Assembly: GCA_051294905.1 (NCBI GenBank)
Contig: CM119371.1
Location: 27,902,001-27,966,000 of the forward strand
Length of the DNA stretch: 64,000 nucleotides
Direction: 5' to 3'
From: Botryllus schlosseri
Taxonomy: Eukaryota
This document shows, piece by piece, positions 60,852-64,000 of this stretch. Below the pieces are notes generated by a model that had not been told where the DNA came from, did no database searches, and saw nothing but the letters and a program-made list of their open reading frames with translations. Each line of letters opens with the position of its first letter. The stretch's first letter is position 1. The translations under genes and the position numbers were made by a program.

Positions 60852-62927
60852 ATCTTCATTATCTCTTGGAACTATGTTCTATGAATCGCAATCACATAAT
60901 ATTTGCACAATCATATTGCGTTAGCACGGCCGACGGCCGTCTATCAAGAGTCTTTGCAGATCCATTTGTACGCTGCACTTTTAACTCAATGTGACACGAC
61001 ATGCCAACGATATGTTAGAATCATTGTGAACTATAAAATGCCCGCCTTGGACACGAAAGTGAACATATGGTGGCGAGTTGGCACGAGCCACCAGCACGTA
61101 ACCAAGGGCCGTAAGTTCTAATATCGGCTCTAGCACGTTTCCAAGCGTCGGATTAACTGGACTCATCATCGCCCAAACTTGCTATTACTATTACGATCCA
61201 ACTCCCGAAGTTAATGACATGGGACAGCAATCATGATTACTTTAATTCGACTTTTTTTCTCAATTATACTAGCCCATCAAATACCGTAATTCGTCACGAT
61301 GCAATAAATTACCATACACAATACGTATGATGTCTTAATGCAGTGGTTCTCAACCAAAGTGTCGATTGTTTGCTTAGAGGCGCTGCGAGGAAACGAGGTG
61401 AAAAGAGTAACAGTTGACATATGATGCAAATTCTGGACATCCAAATTGTGTATACTCGTTGGACACTGGGAACCAAGCGTCAGTCGCGCCTGAGTGACTT
61501 TGATCGACTTATTATTGTAAATCTATCGGCAGCCGTGATTTTAATCAAAAGCCGGTATTGGAGTCCATTGATTTTGAGTGATCATTAGGTGTTAACCTTG
61601 AAACTTGGCCTAGTGTTAGACAATATCATCGAGATATACCATACCAGATCTTGGCACTCATCTCAGTAAGGAACACCGTTAAAACCAACGCGCATAAATA
61701 CCGGCATTTGCCTATTTTATGGATAAGTTTGATGACAGAACAGCACTCACCTGATTCTATTCATGACGTTTGGTACAAATCAAAAATTACTACATTGGTT
61801 CATGCTTATCCAGTATACATGTTTATGACATAACATTCATGAAATATTTTGCCGGGACTTCCACGCACGGCAGACTGAGTTCAGCATGAAGCAGTGATTG
61901 CTTTCCTTCGGCGCGTTATCTTCAATGCTACATCCATGAACATCTAGCGCCAGAACAGGATTTGTAAAATCATATAATATATTGTATCTCCAAGTATGAC
62001 ACAATGATGATAAGACTGCTTGGATCGCAGGCTGGAGATCGGTGCAATCCCTTGGTTTTACTAATACGGGACCTTCCGATTAGCGAATGTGACTACAGTC
62101 GAATCTGATTACCAACTCAATGTACTGTGGAACAGATTTAGCAACTTCAAAGAGGAATAGCGCTCAAAAGGAGATGTGTTCTCAAAACAGAATTGATAGT
62201 TTTAAAGAGTTTTGGCAGCAACCGTTTCTCTCAGAACGCTACCGATTTCATGCTGCAGATACAATATTGTAGGCTACCATAGAGTTGCACCATTTTACTT
62301 CATCCATATCTGAGGTATCAAGTGCACTCTTCATCATGCGTCATCGCTTCTTGGCCCTTAGCGAAATGATTATCACGCGATTAAGCAGTCAGGAATTTTC
62401 GATACATCTTGGTCAACATTAAGAAGTATCTGTGTATCACGAAACACGACGGTTTATATGCAGCACAAAAGTATGCAATTGTCAACTTCATATAACGCCT
62501 CTGCACAGCCGTTTTCAATTGCAAACTTCATGAAAGCTACAAGCTGGCAACTTGTTTAGAATTCCACACACAGATATACGCGGCTGAACGTCGTCTGTTG
62601 TGCACCGCTATGCAGTAAACAAATATTTAAAGTGGTATCATAATATTCTTGAAATTTCTGCCTTCTGCCTCCACCCTTATTTGTATGGCATCGACCGCTA
62701 ATTACGTGTAGGCCTACTGACTGGCTGTTTTTTTTCAAATTAGGGATATGGGAACGCATTGTAACAATTTGAAGGTCACACCGTTTAGTTCGTAATGCAA
62801 CAATTGCGACAAACAAAATTTGAACTATACTATCGTACATGTGATTTTATTTGTTGGACAAACTTTACCATATTGGTTGTATATTTTTGAATCAGGATTA
62901 CGCATACGGCGTAGGTAGGCTATACGT

Positions 62928-63745
62928 CAGGGCCGGGCAACTTCTCCAGTCGGCGAGCCGGATATAGGAAAATTAGGTACTCGACGGGCCGGATTGCTGA
63001 ATCGATACATCATTCGCTCATTTATCCACGTGTACAAGGAATAAATTGTATTCAATGAATGTACTTTACCGACAACAATGTCACTTCAAAGCCATTTCTC
63101 GCCGATAATGACGAAACAATGTAGATTTGAGAATATTGTCATACAGGCGCCGTCATGTCTGCTTCCAGATGATCAATGAACACATGGTGCAATCTTTAAT
63201 TAAGATTTCAAGGCATTCGATAAGCCCGATACGGCAAATTTACCAAGATATCAATTTATTAGGGTTGAGTAGGTGACGAGATAGCGTCGTTGTTCAACTT
63301 TGTGGCCTAATTAATCTCGATATTGAATTCATGCGGCCCGCGTCCTCCACGAAATTTGAAAAGTGGTCCGCGACCCGTTTTGAGTTGGCGACCCCTGACC
63401 GTGCTACAAGTCGGCGATTACGGATTAAAAAATAGGATATAACAGCCTGGTGTAAATGTTCATTGTAGTCGACAAACACCATGATTTCCACAAACGACAT
63501 TAGGGTTGAGTACATCGTAAATGCCAATAATGCAAGTCTTCTCGCTTCGACGAACTTACGCGTAAGCTCCACTCTCGCACGCTGCGGACACACGTATATA
63601 CTACAATACAGTCAATAAAATTTGACGTAGTAAGCAAATAGTGGGGAATCTCGTCAGACTGGGGCTGCGGGCCACATTATCATGTAAGGCGGAAAACTGT
63701 CCGCGGGCCGGATCCGGCCCGCGGGCCGTATGTTGCCCGCCCCTG
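62928..63745. mobile_element. Charlie/Buster-type hAT MITE with a nested SINE
   Basis: cagggccgggcaac / gttgcccgcccctg; exact TSD ctatacgt. Confidence 0.9.
63273..63498 (+). mobile_element. SINE family 1 copy whose interior is replaced by a hAT end
   Basis: gtgacgagatagcg head, SINE 3' body at 63398-63498, exact 14-bp TSD attagggttgagta (63258-63271, 63499-63512). Confidence 0.8.
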
Positions 63746-64000
63746 CTATACGTGATCACGGTACATAAATCAACAGGATTAAAAGTGGAATAATTGATAA
63801 AGATTCAATTCGGCGAATGTCGGTATCTTTTGCGCTGTAGCATGCTCGCTCAGCGTTGCTAATGAGCAGGGAATTCCACCAAGTCTCAAAAGGGGATCGA
63901 GAGCCTTCTAAAAGACACTTTTAGCAATTAACAAGCTTCAAAACTATTGCAGTGAATGCGTAGTAAGGTTTCAAGATGGTGCAACACAGGATAGTGTCAT

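Noticed and set aside
62581..62830. THAP-like CCAPLC peptide
   Set aside because: Stop codon soon after and no in-frame W/C/H/AVP signature.

Overview
Eukaryotic, AT-rich, transposon-dense animal DNA. A marine invertebrate such as an ascidian is my inference from gene content, not something the sequence proves. Four host genes are supported. (1) A complete 6-exon minus-strand beta-1,4-galactosyltransferase-family (GT7) gene of 374 aa, rebuilt by hand with all GT-AG junctions in phase: complement(join(2910..3012,4178..4261,7425..7537,8691..8814,10381..10554,13439..13965)). It has unusual donor-pocket residues. (2) The last two coding exons of a non-canonical C-type-lectin-domain gene (+). (3) An intronless, tail-less XK-related membrane protein. 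(4) An intronless BTB protein followed by three BACK-like repeats and no Kelch domain. Most of the rest is mobile DNA: a full-length disabled hAT with an exact 8-bp TSD, a piggyBac relic, Buster/Charlie-type transposase relics, more than a dozen non-autonomous hAT-type elements with 8-bp TSDs (several nested), two tRNA-derived SINE families and a family of long palindromic elements. No rRNA, true tRNA or CRISPR array is seen, and most short ORFs in the supplied track are spurious. I found no unambiguous new multi-gene system; the best leads are the divergent proteins and a MITE inserted in a splice donor.
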